Shown in pieces: positions 42,311 to 53,577 of a stretch of DNA of 64,000 nt. Made by a program: the position numbers and the translations under genes. The stretch's first letter is position 1. Every line of letters begins with the position of its first letter. The notes under the pieces were generated by a model. That model was not told the origin of the DNA, made no database searches, and saw nothing but the letters and a program-made list of their open reading frames with translations. The stretch comes from an uncultured Arcobacter sp. (GTDB lineage: Bacteria; Campylobacterota; Campylobacteria; Campylobacterales; Arcobacteraceae). The stretch covers positions 480,001-544,000 of the forward strand of contig OZ223302.1 of the NCBI GenBank assembly GCA_965140705.1. The letters run 5' to 3'.

Positions 42311-43816
42311 ATGAGAATTAATACTAACGTTGCTTCATTAAATGCACAAGAAGCAGCAACAAATACAAGAAACAAAATTACTAGTTCATTAGAAAAACTT
42401 TCTACTGGATTAAAAATCAATAAAGCATCTGATGATGCATCTGGTTTAGCAATTGCTGATAAACTAAGAACTCAAGCTAGATCTATTGGTCAAGGTATTG
42501 ACAATGGTAATTCAGCTGTTTCATTAATCCAAATTGCTGATAAATCTATGTCTGAACAATCAAATATTTTAGATACTGTTAAAGCTAAATTAATTCAAGC
42601 TAATACTGATACTACTTCTGATGATGGTAGAGAAGCTATTAGAAAAGATATTAATAAATTACTTCAACAATTAGATAATATTGCAAAACAAACTAATTAT
42701 AATGGTACTACTTTATTACAAAACGGATATAGCGATACAATTGGTTCAAGTCAATTAAATTTCCAAATTGGTGAGAATAAAGATGATATCATTCAAACTC
42801 AATCAATTCAATCAAATACATTGGGACTTGGTGGTGGAACTGAAGAACTAGAACAAACATCTGGGTTAAGTACAAGAAATAATATTATTTCTCAGAATAC
42901 TTCAATGGTTATTTCAGGAGATGGTACAAATGCAATTACAGTAGATGGACTTGCTAGTGGAACTGCTCTAAAAGTAAATGTTTCTGGGGTAACAGGAGAC
43001 CTTACATTTAATGGAGCATCTACAATTAAAGATGTTGATGCTAATACTAATTTAATTTTAGAAAAATTAGCTGCTGCTTCTGGTGGAAAAGCAGTTGAAG
43101 TTAAAGATATAAATGGAAATGTTATTGGTACATTCACTGTAAGTGGTGCTTCAAGTGGTTCAGGTATTACAAAAGTTCCTGCAACTGTCGTTAATGGAGT
43201 AGTAACTGAAGCTGCATCATATACAGTTGCATCTGGTGTAACTATTTCATTTGGTGGTGGAACTATTGATACAGTAAATACTTCTGCAACAACTACAAGT
43301 GGTGCTGCACCAGCAACACTTAATACATACAGTATTGGTTCAATGACAATTGAACAAACTTCTAGTTCAGGAAGTTTAACTGTTAGTGCAAATGCGCAAA
43401 ATTTAAATATTACAAATTTAAATAGTGCAAATGCACAAGAAATTACTGTTACAACTGCTGCAAGTGGTGGTAAAATTACTGGTGGAGCAACTCTTTCTGG
43501 ACTTAAATCTTTACAGACTGGTCAATTAACAAAAGAACAAGCTGATAAATTCCAAGGAGTAGTTGATGCTGCTATTACTCAGCTTAATACATTTAGAGCT
43601 AATTTAGGTTCTACTCAAAATCAAGTTGAATCAGGGGTTAGAAACTTAATGACTCAACAAACAAATGTAAAAGCAGCAGAATCTGTTATTAGGGATGTTG
43701 ATTATGCACAAGAATCTGCAAACTTCAACAAACAAAATATCATATCTCAAGCTGGATCGTATGCTATGAGTCAAGCAAATTCTATCCAACAAAATGTATT
43801 AAGATTATTACAATAA
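42311..43816 (+). CDS. Flagellin (second of tandem pair)
   Basis: Same N- and C-terminal flagellin motifs; central domain related to but diverged from the first copy. Confidence 0.97.
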   Translation: MRINTNVASLNAQEAATNTRNKITSSLEKLSTGLKINKASDDASGLAIADKLRTQARSIGQGIDNGNSAVSLIQIADKSMSEQSNILDTVKAKLIQANTDTTSDDGREAIRKDINKLLQQLDNIAKQTNYNGTTLLQNGYSDTIGSSQLNFQIGENKDDIIQTQSIQSNTLGLGGGTEELEQTSGLSTRNNIISQNTSMVISGDGTNAITVDGLASGTALKVNVSGVTGDLTFNGASTIKDVDANTNLILEKLAAASGGKAVEVKDINGNVIGTFTVSGASSGSGITKVPATVVNGVVTEAASYTVASGVTISFGGGTIDTVNTSATTTSGAAPATLNTYSIGSMTIEQTSSSGSLTVSANAQNLNITNLNSANAQEITVTTAASGGKITGGATLSGLKSLQTGQLTKEQADKFQGVVDAAITQLNTFRANLGSTQNQVESGVRNLMTQQTNVKAAESVIRDVDYAQESANFNKQNIISQAGSYAMSQANSIQQNVLRLLQ

Positions 43817-43836
43817 TAATTAATCTTAATCTTCTT

Positions 43837-43868
43837 AAAAGTAGTGCCCTTTGGGTACTACTTTTTTT
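43837..43868 (+). terminator. Rho-independent terminator after the second flagellin
   Basis: aaaagtagtgccc-ttt-gggtactactttt plus T run. Confidence 0.8.
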
Positions 43869-43983
43869 ATTTAAATATTAAAAAAATCTTTCTAAATTCA
43901 GCTATCTTTAGAGCTATTATGATAAAATATTTATTAAAATAATACTTTTTTACTTAAGTAAAAAGATTTATATAAGGTATAAA

Positions 43984-46900
43984 ATGTCATTGGATCAAGT
44001 TCAACAATTAGCATTACAAACTTATAATGAAAATTTAAAGTTTTTTGAAGAAAATTATCCTGATTTATATAAAACTTTAGAACTTTATGCAACAGCAATT
44101 GAATTAGGAGAAGTAAATCCTCAGTTTGAACTTCAATACTTAAATACCCACTTTGATATTGTAAATCCTAAAACTAAAGAATTCTTATATATACAAAATT
44201 CAAATGAAATATCTCAAAAGATAGCTAATGACATAAGTTATGATGCTACAGTCAATAGTTTTAAAACTTATTATGAATTTTCAGTTAACGATAAAATAGC
44301 AAAAAATGCCCTTAATCAAGATATCTTAGCTCCATATACAATCGGGAATGCTCCCATAATTAATTTAGTAAATAAAAACTTATCAAATCCACAAAATGTA
44401 AAAGAGTTTCATAAATTTATAATTTTTGGTGTTTTATTAGGAATCCATATTCCTTTGATACATGAAAAACTCAATTCAAAAGTATATTTAATAATTGAAC
44501 CAAATTTGGAGTTTTTTAGACTATCTTTATTTGTAACAAACTATGCAAATCTAGCTACAAAAACAAAACTCTTTTTTTCAGTTGCCCAAAATGAGTATGA
44601 ATTTAAAAAAGTATTTGATAGTTTTTATGGTGAACTTTTTATTTATAATCATTATTTTAAATTTGTAAATATATCTTCTGGGTCAGATATGTATATGAAG
44701 GTAATCCAAAATTACTTAGTATCTCAAGGTCATTTATTATATTCTTATGATAGAACATTTTTAAGTTTAAGTAGAACAAACTCATACATTAGCCAAAATT
44801 TTAAATTATTAAATATAAAATATAAACAAAACCTCAAACCTTTTGAAAAACCTGTTCTTTTTCTTGCAGCTGGTCCCTCTCTACAATATAATATTAACTT
44901 TGTAAAAGAAAACCAAGACAAATTTACAATAATTGCGATATATGCAACCCTACCAATTCTAGAAAGAAATGGTATAAAACCAGATATCGTAACACAGTAT
45001 GATGAACAAGATACACAAGTACTTAATACCTTAGATAAACTAAATGATATAACCTATTTTAAAGATTCCATTTTCATATTTGCTTCGCATGTAAATGCAA
45101 AACTAATGAATAGTTTTCCGAAAGAAAATATTTTTATTTTCCAAGCAATGTTTGAAGTAAAAGAAAATTTTGGTTTACTCACAAGCCCAAGTATTGGTGA
45201 ACTCACCTATGCTTTATTGCTTTTATTTAGTGCTAAAAGAGTTTATCTATTAGGTCTAGATTTAGCTATGGATGTGGAATCAGGGAGTACCCATATTGAA
45301 GGTCACTCAGGTTCTGGAGCCTTTAACAAATTAAAAGATTTAGAAGAATCCTCAGATAAAAACTACTCTTTTAGAAAAAATACTATTATTGTAAAAGGTA
45401 ATTTTCTTCCAGAAGTAAAATCTGTGCCTGTATTTAAAACAAATATTGATACATTTGCCCAATTTACAGAAATGTTTAAAGACACTACACAAGAAATATA
45501 TAACTTATCTAATGGTGCATATTTAGTAGGTGCGATTCCTTTAAAAATAGAAGATATTGATTTATCAAATTTTATTGAGAAAGATCAAAGTGTATTAAAA
45601 GAAGAACTTTATAGCTCATTAGAAAATATCAGTGAAGCTGGATATAATGAAAAAGATTATGAAAGAATAAATTTAAAATTAAGTAGTGTAAAAAAAATAA
45701 AAAAACAGCTTGAACAATTTCAAAAAATAAAAAAATATAAAGATATAGAAGAGTACAATAATCAACTAATCAATGTTATTCAAAGTATTTTATTTGAAAA
45801 ACATCACTGTGAAGATCTACAATCAATACTAATAAATTATTCTTCACATAACCTTCATCACATATTTTATTTATTGGATTTAGATGATGATAAAGATAAA
45901 AAAAAGTATATTTATGAGATAAATAAAAATCTACTTACACAACTAAACAAAATAATTGATGCTTATGTGATTTGTATATCATATTCAAATGATGAAAATA
46001 GTCTTTTATTAAAAAAATTAAACAAATATTTAAAAGAGTACTCTGTAAAAAATAGTATCTACTCTGAACCATTTTTTAAAGAATTAGTTGAAACCTCACA
46101 AAGAGGTTATCAATATGATTTCAAGCCAAATTCAATTGGCTTTTTTGCAATAGAAGATAACCTTACAAATAAAGATTTTATAAATTATGTGAAAGAAGTG
46201 TTAAAAAGATTTCCAGAAGTAGAGCTAAAACTTTTCTACTTTTTTGAGTTTCAAAAAATTCAAGCACAATTTGTATTTAAACAAGAGTTAAATAAAATCG
46301 AACTTTCAATTCCAAATAATATTTCAAATATAACTTCAAGTGTAGAGATATGGCTTGAAACATACGATAATACAATAAATATAAGAAAAATAGATGACAT
46401 TATTTTAAATAACTATGAAAATATCTATAGTGTAATGTTTGATAAGAGTGAAAAAGCATTAAAAGAACTAGAAACTGAATTAATTGTACCAAAAAAGTTC
46501 ACCTTTGCTAATAATTTAAAAGAAAACTTTATCCTTTCAAATACCAGCTATTTTGAATTTGCAAATAGTCTAAAAGATGATATTGATAAAGATTTAGTCA
46601 ATGAAAAGTACCTAAAAGAACACATAGGGTTCTTTGCAATAAAAGAGAATCTTCAACAGGAGTTTGTAAATAAACTCGTAGAGATTTGTAATAAATTTCC
46701 AAATGTAAAATTTTCTGCTTTTTATTTTGATGAAGAAATTATAAAAGAGTACATAACTATCTTTGGAGCTGTAATAAATAGATTTAAATTTATTTGTCCT
46801 AAAAATATTTATGAAATTGCAGAAAATACTGAAGTTTGGGTGCAAGCTAAGATTCCTAATCAAAGTTTTTTACACAATAAGATTTATTCATTAATTAATG

Positions 46901-48213
46901 ATACTGTACATGTATATCCAATAATTTTAAAAGAAGAATATATCATTAAAGATATGTTCTCAGATAATTATTTGGAAAGTTTATTTGAAAACTATGATGA
47001 AACTATCTTTGTAAAACAACTTAATAGCAAGTTAGATGAAAAAAGGTTACAAAATACAACTCCAAAAGATGATATAGGATTCTTGGCAACAGAAGATAAT
47101 TTAGAAGATATAGAATTTATAAAATTTATGTTTATTCTTTTTGAAAAAAATTATAGCATAAGATATAAAGCATTTTACTTTAATGAAGAACAAAAAGAAT
47201 TAACTTCAACAATTTTTGAAGAATATATTCACCAAATTGATTTTATAATTCCTACAAATATTTATGATATTGTTGAAAATATATCTACATATATTTACTC
47301 TTATATAAACTACAAAAAAACTAAAACTAGCAATTATCATAAGATATGGCAAATTTTAAATGAAACAAAATCTAATTTATTTAAATTACATCTATATGAT
47401 GAAATAAATGATATATTAACATATCATAATAATATTATTTTATTTGATACTTGCAATTTAATATTTAATAATAGTATATTATTTGATTTTTTAATTGGAT
47501 ATAATCAATACAACCGTATTATTTTTAATCATAGTTTAAAACAACCTATTAATAAAGATAGACTTAAAAATACATATCTTAAAAATTCTATAAGCTTTTT
47601 ATTAACATATGAAAATTTAATAGATGCAAACTTTGTACAATATATAAAAGAATTAATACAATTATTTCCTGAAGCTATATTTAAAGGATTTTATTTTTCT
47701 AAAGAAGAAAAAGTACTTATTGATAAAACCTTCAAGGATAATAATATCGAAACCTTAATCCCTAAAAATATTTATGATATAGTTGAAAACAGTGAAATTT
47801 TTATTTTTGATTTTAATTGTAAAGAAGATAGAAGTATAATATTTACTATTGGAAAATACTGTAATAAAATATTATATTTAAATACTCATTTAAAATTAAA
47901 TTTTCGAAATAAAACTTTACTTGAATTAGATAATGATTTTAAAATAAAAAATGATAAGGTATATACAGATCCAGAAAAATTTGATTTTTCTACTGATGAA
48001 ATAAAAAACTACAGTAATAGTTATCATAAATTAGTTTATAATAAAATATTCAAAATACTAAATATTGATTTAGTTGAGATGTCTACCAATGCATTTCAAT
48101 TTCACTCAATAGATACTATTAAACTCGCATTAAAATATACTACCTATAAAGAATATATTATCAATTTAAAATGTAAAAAAATAAATTTAATAGAGACTAA
48201 TAATGAACTATGA
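43984..48213 (+). CDS. Motility-associated factor (Maf, DUF115/MAF_flag10) flagellin glycosyltransferase with long repeated C-terminal extension
   Basis: FGVLLGIHI, IIEPNLEFF, FLAAGPSL, GIKPDIV, YLLGLDLA, IYNLSNGAY; immediately after the flagellins. Confidence 0.85.
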   Translation: MSLDQVQQLALQTYNENLKFFEENYPDLYKTLELYATAIELGEVNPQFELQYLNTHFDIVNPKTKEFLYIQNSNEISQKIANDISYDATVNSFKTYYEFSVNDKIAKNALNQDILAPYTIGNAPIINLVNKNLSNPQNVKEFHKFIIFGVLLGIHIPLIHEKLNSKVYLIIEPNLEFFRLSLFVTNYANLATKTKLFFSVAQNEYEFKKVFDSFYGELFIYNHYFKFVNISSGSDMYMKVIQNYLVSQGHLLYSYDRTFLSLSRTNSYISQNFKLLNIKYKQNLKPFEKPVLFLAAGPSLQYNINFVKENQDKFTIIAIYATLPILERNGIKPDIVTQYDEQDTQVLNTLDKLNDITYFKDSIFIFASHVNAKLMNSFPKENIFIFQAMFEVKENFGLLTSPSIGELTYALLLLFSAKRVYLLGLDLAMDVESGSTHIEGHSGSGAFNKLKDLEESSDKNYSFRKNTIIVKGNFLPEVKSVPVFKTNIDTFAQFTEMFKDTTQEIYNLSNGAYLVGAIPLKIEDIDLSNFIEKDQSVLKEELYSSLENISEAGYNEKDYERINLKLSSVKKIKKQLEQFQKIKKYKDIEEYNNQLINVIQSILFEKHHCEDLQSILINYSSHNLHHIFYLLDLDDDKDKKKYIYEINKNLLTQLNKIIDAYVICISYSNDENSLLLKKLNKYLKEYSVKNSIYSEPFFKELVETSQRGYQYDFKPNSIGFFAIEDNLTNKDFINYVKEVLKRFPEVELKLFYFFEFQKIQAQFVFKQELNKIELSIPNNISNITSSVEIWLETYDNTINIRKIDDIILNNYENIYSVMFDKSEKALKELETELIVPKKFTFANNLKENFILSNTSYFEFANSLKDDIDKDLVNEKYLKEHIGFFAIKENLQQEFVNKLVEICNKFPNVKFSAFYFDEEIIKEYITIFGAVINRFKFICPKNIYEIAENTEVWVQAKIPNQSFLHNKIYSLINDTVHVYPIILKEEYIIKDMFSDNYLESLFENYDETIFVKQLNSKLDEKRLQNTTPKDDIGFLATEDNLEDIEFIKFMFILFEKNYSIRYKAFYFNEEQKELTSTIFEEYIHQIDFIIPTNIYDIVENISTYIYSYINYKKTKTSNYHKIWQILNETKSNLFKLHLYDEINDILTYHNNIILFDTCNLIFNNSILFDFLIGYNQYNRIIFNHSLKQPINKDRLKNTYLKNSISFLLTYENLIDANFVQYIKELIQLFPEAIFKGFYFSKEEKVLIDKTFKDNNIETLIPKNIYDIVENSEIFIFDFNCKEDRSIIFTIGKYCNKILYLNTHLKLNFRNKTLLELDNDFKIKNDKVYTDPEKFDFSTDEIKNYSNSYHKLVYNKIFKILNIDLVEMSTNAFQFHSIDTIKLALKYTTYKEYIINLKCKKINLIETNNEL

Positions 48214-49588
48214 TCAATTCGAAAATTATAATAATGATTTAGTTTCAGCAATTACGAAACATATGAATATTTATGAAAAAAAGTATCCATATGTCTGGTA
48301 TGTTAACAATATTAATTTGAGATATGCAATTGAAAGAGAAATGTACTTTAATTTTGTTACAAAAATAGATTACTTTTATAAATTATATATTAATAAACAA
48401 GTTGATTATTCTATAAAGAAATATAAAAGCGATATATTAAAATTAATGATTGGTGAGGATATTCAACTACAAGAAATTAAACAAATCAATAAAGATAATT
48501 TTCTTAATACAAAAATATTAAAATACAAATATAAAAAACCTAAGATTCTTATATCTATAGTTTCTTTAAAGTTTTTAAAATATGCAGAAACATTTATCAA
48601 TAGAATAAAAATAGATTTTCATCTCTTATGTTTTGATAAAAATAATGAATTAATAAAATATATAGAAGAAAAAGGTTATAGGTATACTTTATTCGAAGCC
48701 TATTATGATGAATCAATTTTTCCAATGCATTTGAAAGGCTTAGTTTCTTCTGTTCTTTTACAATCACTTTTAAATAACGTATATAATATTATGCCATCAA
48801 TTATATTAAATTTTGAAGGTTGTCATATTTCAGATCAAATATTATCTGAAATTGGAAAACTTATCAAGATAAAAACTATTTGTCTGCAACATGGATATGC
48901 TCCTTTTTATCCAACTACATTTAGAAATTTTAACTATACTAAAGTACTAACTTGGGGTGAATATTTTTCTGAAGGATTTAAGCCTTACAGTAATGATACA
49001 AAATTTATTGCTGTAGGTAATCATATAATATCTACTTTTTTAAACACAAATAAAGAAGTCAAAGTTGTTTCATTCTTTGTTCAAGCTTGTAAATATTATA
49101 TTACAAAAGAATACTATGATAAATTTATTAATCTTATTATTCAAATAGCAAAAAATAACAATACTTTAAAAATAATAGTAAGAGAACATCCCTCAAATCC
49201 TATTCCTGAAAAATATATTAACATATTAAATATTGAAAAAAACATTGTGTTTATGAATAAACAAACTCATTCCATAACAGAAGTATTAGAACAAAGTGAC
49301 CTTGCAATAAGCATATCATCAGCTTCTTTAGTTGAAGCTTTGGAAATGAATATAATCCCCATATATATAAATTTGCCTAAATTAAAAATGTTTGAAAGAT
49401 TAAAGAAAAAAAATCCAAATATTCCAATGCCTAAAACTATTAAAAGTTCTGTTGAAATTATACAAAAATTAATTGATGATAAAATACATTATAATAATAT
49501 AAAAAAAGCTTTATTTAATTCTAAAACTTACTTATTTAAAGCTAATGGAGAAGAAGCAATAAAAAATATAATAAAAGAAATCAGATGA
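48203..49588 (+). CDS. Putative GT-B-fold glycosyl/sialyl-transferase-like protein
   Basis: [23 protein letters not shown] pattern found in capsule/nonulosonate transferase-like proteins. Confidence 0.55.
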   Translation: MNYDQFENYNNDLVSAITKHMNIYEKKYPYVWYVNNINLRYAIEREMYFNFVTKIDYFYKLYINKQVDYSIKKYKSDILKLMIGEDIQLQEIKQINKDNFLNTKILKYKYKKPKILISIVSLKFLKYAETFINRIKIDFHLLCFDKNNELIKYIEEKGYRYTLFEAYYDESIFPMHLKGLVSSVLLQSLLNNVYNIMPSIILNFEGCHISDQILSEIGKLIKIKTICLQHGYAPFYPTTFRNFNYTKVLTWGEYFSEGFKPYSNDTKFIAVGNHIISTFLNTNKEVKVVSFFVQACKYYITKEYYDKFINLIIQIAKNNNTLKIIVREHPSNPIPEKYINILNIEKNIVFMNKQTHSITEVLEQSDLAISISSASLVEALEMNIIPIYINLPKLKMFERLKKKNPNIPMPKTIKSSVEIIQKLIDDKIHYNNIKKALFNSKTYLFKANGEEAIKNIIKEIR

Positions 49589-50628
49589 TCAATAAATACA
49601 TTACAATCAAAAATAGAAAAATTGGCTTAGATTTTCCTCCTCTTGTGATTGCAGAAATTGGAATCAATCATGAAGGAAATTTACAAACTGCTTTTGAAAT
49701 GGTTGATGCAGCATTTAGAGCAGGGGCAGAAGTTATAAAACATCAAACTCATATTGTTGAGGATGAAATGAGTCAAGAAGCAAAAAAAGTTATTCCAGGA
49801 AATGCAGATATTTCGATATATGAAATAATGGAAAGATGCGCATTAAATGAAGAAGAAGAAATAAAACTTAAAAACTATGTTGAATCAAAAGGGATGATAT
49901 TTATAAGTACACCTTTTTCAAGAGCAGCGGCAAATAGATTAGAAAAAATGAATGTCTGCGCATATAAAATAGGTTCAGGAGAATGCAATAATTATCCTTT
50001 AATTGAGCATATTGCAAAATTTGGTAAACCAATGATTATAAGTACAGGAATGAATAATATTGAATCTATTCAAAAGACAGTTACTATTTTAGAAAAATAT
50101 AATATCAACTATGCTCTGTTACATACTACAAATTTATACCCAACTCCATCTAATTTAGTTAGATTGGGAGCTATGCAAGAATTACAAAACTATTTTCCAA
50201 ATGCAATAATAGGATTATCTGACCATACCACTTCAAATTTAGCCTGTTTTGCTGCAACTGCATTAGGAGCTTCTATTTTAGAAAGACATTTTACAGATAA
50301 ATTAGATAGACCAGGTCCTGATATTATAAACTCTATGGATCCAGATTCGATAAAAGAACTTATTGAAGGAAGTGCAGAAATTGCAAAAATGAGAGGTGGG
50401 AAAAAAGAAGCTGCAAAAGAAGAACAAGTCACTATAGATTTTGCTTTTGCCACTGTTGTCACTATTAAAGACATAAAAAAAGGAGAAATATTTACAAAAG
50501 AAAATTTATGGGTAAAAAGACCAGGCACTGGAAAAATTAAAGCTGAGTTTTATAATGATATATTAGGTAAAGTTGCTTCAAAAGATATTTTATGCGATAC
50601 ACATATTAGTGAAGATGAGATTATATGA
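49585..50628 (+). CDS. neuB: N-acetylneuraminate (nonulosonate) synthase
   Basis: [34 protein letters not shown]-terminal SAF domain KRPGTG. Confidence 0.93.
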   Translation: MINKYITIKNRKIGLDFPPLVIAEIGINHEGNLQTAFEMVDAAFRAGAEVIKHQTHIVEDEMSQEAKKVIPGNADISIYEIMERCALNEEEEIKLKNYVESKGMIFISTPFSRAAANRLEKMNVCAYKIGSGECNNYPLIEHIAKFGKPMIISTGMNNIESIQKTVTILEKYNINYALLHTTNLYPTPSNLVRLGAMQELQNYFPNAIIGLSDHTTSNLACFAATALGASILERHFTDKLDRPGPDIINSMDPDSIKELIEGSAEIAKMRGGKKEAAKEEQVTIDFAFATVVTIKDIKKGEIFTKENLWVKRPGTGKIKAEFYNDILGKVASKDILCDTHISEDEII

Positions 50629-51614
50629 TAGATATATTTTCAAAAATAAAAGTTTTTAATATTAACCCTTCAAAATTAAGAAGTAAAGATTTTTATAAAA
50701 ATTTTGTAATTGATGAAAGAAATAAATTTTGGAAAAGAAGAAGTATACTTAATAAAAAAGACAAAGATAATTGTTGTTTTCTATGTGGAAATAAAAAAGA
50801 CAATAAAAAGTTTTTAAATTATAATGGCTACAAATTATTTGAATGTAATAAATGTTCTTTAATATTTGCAAATATAGAAATAAATGATAAATATAATGAA
50901 ATTGTCTATGATAATAATCAATATGAGGAAATGATAAAAAAAGAAGTACTTGAAACTTATGAATATAGAAAAAAAACTTTTGGAAAAGAAAGATTAAATT
51001 ATATTTTAAATAAATGTGATTTTGATATTAAAAATGATATTTTATTAGATTTAGGATGCGGTCCAGGATATTTTTTAAGTCATTTAAAAGATGCATATAT
51101 TAAAGCTAAGGGAATCGAGTTAACTGAATATTTAGTTGATATTTGTAAATCTCAAAATCTTGATGTAGAAAAGAAAGATATAAGTGAATTAGAAAATAAC
51201 TATTTTAAAATAATTACAATGTTTGATGTTTTAGAACATTTATCAAATCCATTGAAATTTTTTAAAACCTTAAATACTAAATTGACTTCAAATGGTTATA
51301 TAGTAATGTATACACCAAATATCAATTCCTTTGCCTTTTATTTTCAAAAAGAAAAACAAAACCTACTCTTACCTTATGAACATTTATGTTTTTATACTCT
51401 TAACTCTTTAGAATATTTAGCCAAAATTTCTAGTTTTAAAATAATCAGTATAGATTATTATGGTCTTGATATGGTCGATTATTTATCAATGAAAGAATAT
51501 GAAGATAATATTAATTATAATGAAAAATTAAAGGAAATTATTCCATACCTTCAAGCACTTATAGACTCATCCAAAATGAGCAACCATATGAGAATTATCT
51601 TTCAAAAGGATTAA
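50625..51614 (+). CDS. Class I SAM-dependent methyltransferase with N-terminal Cys cluster
   Basis: [27 protein letters not shown]. Confidence 0.85.
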   Translation: MIDIFSKIKVFNINPSKLRSKDFYKNFVIDERNKFWKRRSILNKKDKDNCCFLCGNKKDNKKFLNYNGYKLFECNKCSLIFANIEINDKYNEIVYDNNQYEEMIKKEVLETYEYRKKTFGKERLNYILNKCDFDIKNDILLDLGCGPGYFLSHLKDAYIKAKGIELTEYLVDICKSQNLDVEKKDISELENNYFKIITMFDVLEHLSNPLKFFKTLNTKLTSNGYIVMYTPNINSFAFYFQKEKQNLLLPYEHLCFYTLNSLEYLAKISSFKIISIDYYGLDMVDYLSMKEYEDNINYNEKLKEIIPYLQALIDSSKMSNHMRIIFQKD

Positions 51615-51615
51615 T

Positions 51616-53577
51616 ATGAATTATTCAAAAATAGTTTATTTTTTACAGTTAAGCCATAAAAACCAGAATGCCTACCAAAATAGACATCATCCATTAGCAA
51701 TAGGTATATTATCAGAGTTTTTAAAAAGACATACATCTATTGATAACTTAAAAATTAAATTATATAAAGACCCTATTGAGCTTGAAAAGGATTTACATCA
51801 GGAACAACCAGATATTATTTTTATAAGCATTTATATGTGGAATGAAAATTTGTCTTTAAAATTTGCAGAAGCCATTAAAGAGCGTTATAATAGTCTTATT
51901 GTCATCGGTGGACCCAATATAAGTATAGAAGATAAAAAAAATAGTACATTTTTAAAGGAAAAACCATTTATTGATATTATTGTGAGAGGGGATGGAGAAA
52001 AAGTTGTTACTAATATTGTAGAAAACTTTTATACTATAGACAATATCAATAAAATAAAACAATTGACACAAGGGTACTCGTATGCCTCTATAAATTCAGA
52101 TATAGTGATTCAAGAGGGAGATGATGCTCGGCTAGGGGCAAAAGGCAATGATAAGCTTGATATTTTAGCATCTCCCTATAATACAGGAAGTATGGATAAA
52201 TTTTTTATAGATGGTTCTATTCCCCTTATTGAAACAAATAGAGGATGCCCTTTCTCGTGTACTTATTGTCAACAGGGAAATAAATATTTCTCAAAGGTCC
52301 GAAACTACTCAATGGACTATATTAAATCAGAAATAGAATACATCGCAAAAAAAATATATAAAGATAAACTCAATATAAGCATTTTAGAAATTGCTGATCC
52401 AAATTTTGCAATGTATGAAAGAGATACAGAATTTATTTTATTTATTCGACAAATGCAAGATAAGTATAACTTTCCAGAAGAGATCTGGTGCTCCACAGGA
52501 AAAAACAAAAGTGAACTGATTGTATCTAATATTAATCTTCTTAGGCCAAATAGCATTCTTATGAGGGCTGCCGTTCAATCTGTTGATGAAAATACACTAA
52601 AAGCTATTAAACGAAAAAATATTAAATTAGACACCTACTATAAAATTATGACCCAATACTCAGATAAGGGCCTTGCAACGGGTGCAGATATTATGCTTGG
52701 CCTACCTTTAGAAAATAAGCAGACACATATTAATAGCTTTTTTACCTTAATTGATAAAAATATTACTGAATTTGCATCTTTACAAACTATTCTGTTAAAA
52801 GGTACAGAGATGGAGTCACAAAACTATATTGAGGAATATAATTTAAAAACAAAGTATAGGGTTATTCCAGAATGTAATAATGAGTATACCATTAACAATA
52901 AAACTTTTTATATATGTGAATATGAAGAAATTATAATTGAAACAAACAGTTTAGATTTTTTAGATTATTTAGAATGTAGAGCCTTTAACTTTCTTGTCAT
53001 GGTCTATCATAATACAAGATTATTACAACCTGTATACAAGCTATGTGATTATTATAACATACCCAAAAGTCATATTTTAAAAGAGATTAAAATGTTAATA
53101 ACTAAAAAATATACTAATTTTACAGCGGCATTTATTGAAGACACTAAAAATGAGCTTTTAGACTCTAATAGAATGTCATTTTCACAAAATAAGATTAAAG
53201 AATTGACAAGTAATAAAATCTTTAGACATTTAGCATTAACACTGTTTCAAAATAAAAACATGGTTATAGAAGTTTTAAAAGAAGCACTTCCAAAAGTTTT
53301 TAATAAATTACTTAATCTAGATGAAGTTTTAAAGATTGTTGAATTAAGTATTATCGATATTTTTGATTCATCTCACAAAAAAATTAACTACAAAATAAAA
53401 GACCCCCATCTACAAGAAATTTTAGGTATGGAATGTGATGTTATTGTAAGAGCTGAACAAATTAATAAAATTAATTTATTAAAAAAGATTTATGATTCTG
53501 AAACTAATATTATTAATAATATTATGTATCATTTAAGGCCAAAAAACTCAGTAAAAACTTTAAGGTTTGTAAGATAA
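51616..53577 (+). CDS. B12-binding-domain radical SAM protein
   Basis: PLAIGIL, VIGGPN, GDGE, ETNRGCPFSCTYC, IMLGLPLE. Confidence 0.88.
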   Translation: MNYSKIVYFLQLSHKNQNAYQNRHHPLAIGILSEFLKRHTSIDNLKIKLYKDPIELEKDLHQEQPDIIFISIYMWNENLSLKFAEAIKERYNSLIVIGGPNISIEDKKNSTFLKEKPFIDIIVRGDGEKVVTNIVENFYTIDNINKIKQLTQGYSYASINSDIVIQEGDDARLGAKGNDKLDILASPYNTGSMDKFFIDGSIPLIETNRGCPFSCTYCQQGNKYFSKVRNYSMDYIKSEIEYIAKKIYKDKLNISILEIADPNFAMYERDTEFILFIRQMQDKYNFPEEIWCSTGKNKSELIVSNINLLRPNSILMRAAVQSVDENTLKAIKRKNIKLDTYYKIMTQYSDKGLATGADIMLGLPLENKQTHINSFFTLIDKNITEFASLQTILLKGTEMESQNYIEEYNLKTKYRVIPECNNEYTINNKTFYICEYEEIIIETNSLDFLDYLECRAFNFLVMVYHNTRLLQPVYKLCDYYNIPKSHILKEIKMLITKKYTNFTAAFIEDTKNELLDSNRMSFSQNKIKELTSNKIFRHLALTLFQNKNMVIEVLKEALPKVFNKLLNLDEVLKIVELSIIDIFDSSHKKINYKIKDPHLQEILGMECDVIVRAEQINKINLLKKIYDSETNIINNIMYHLRPKNSVKTLRFVR

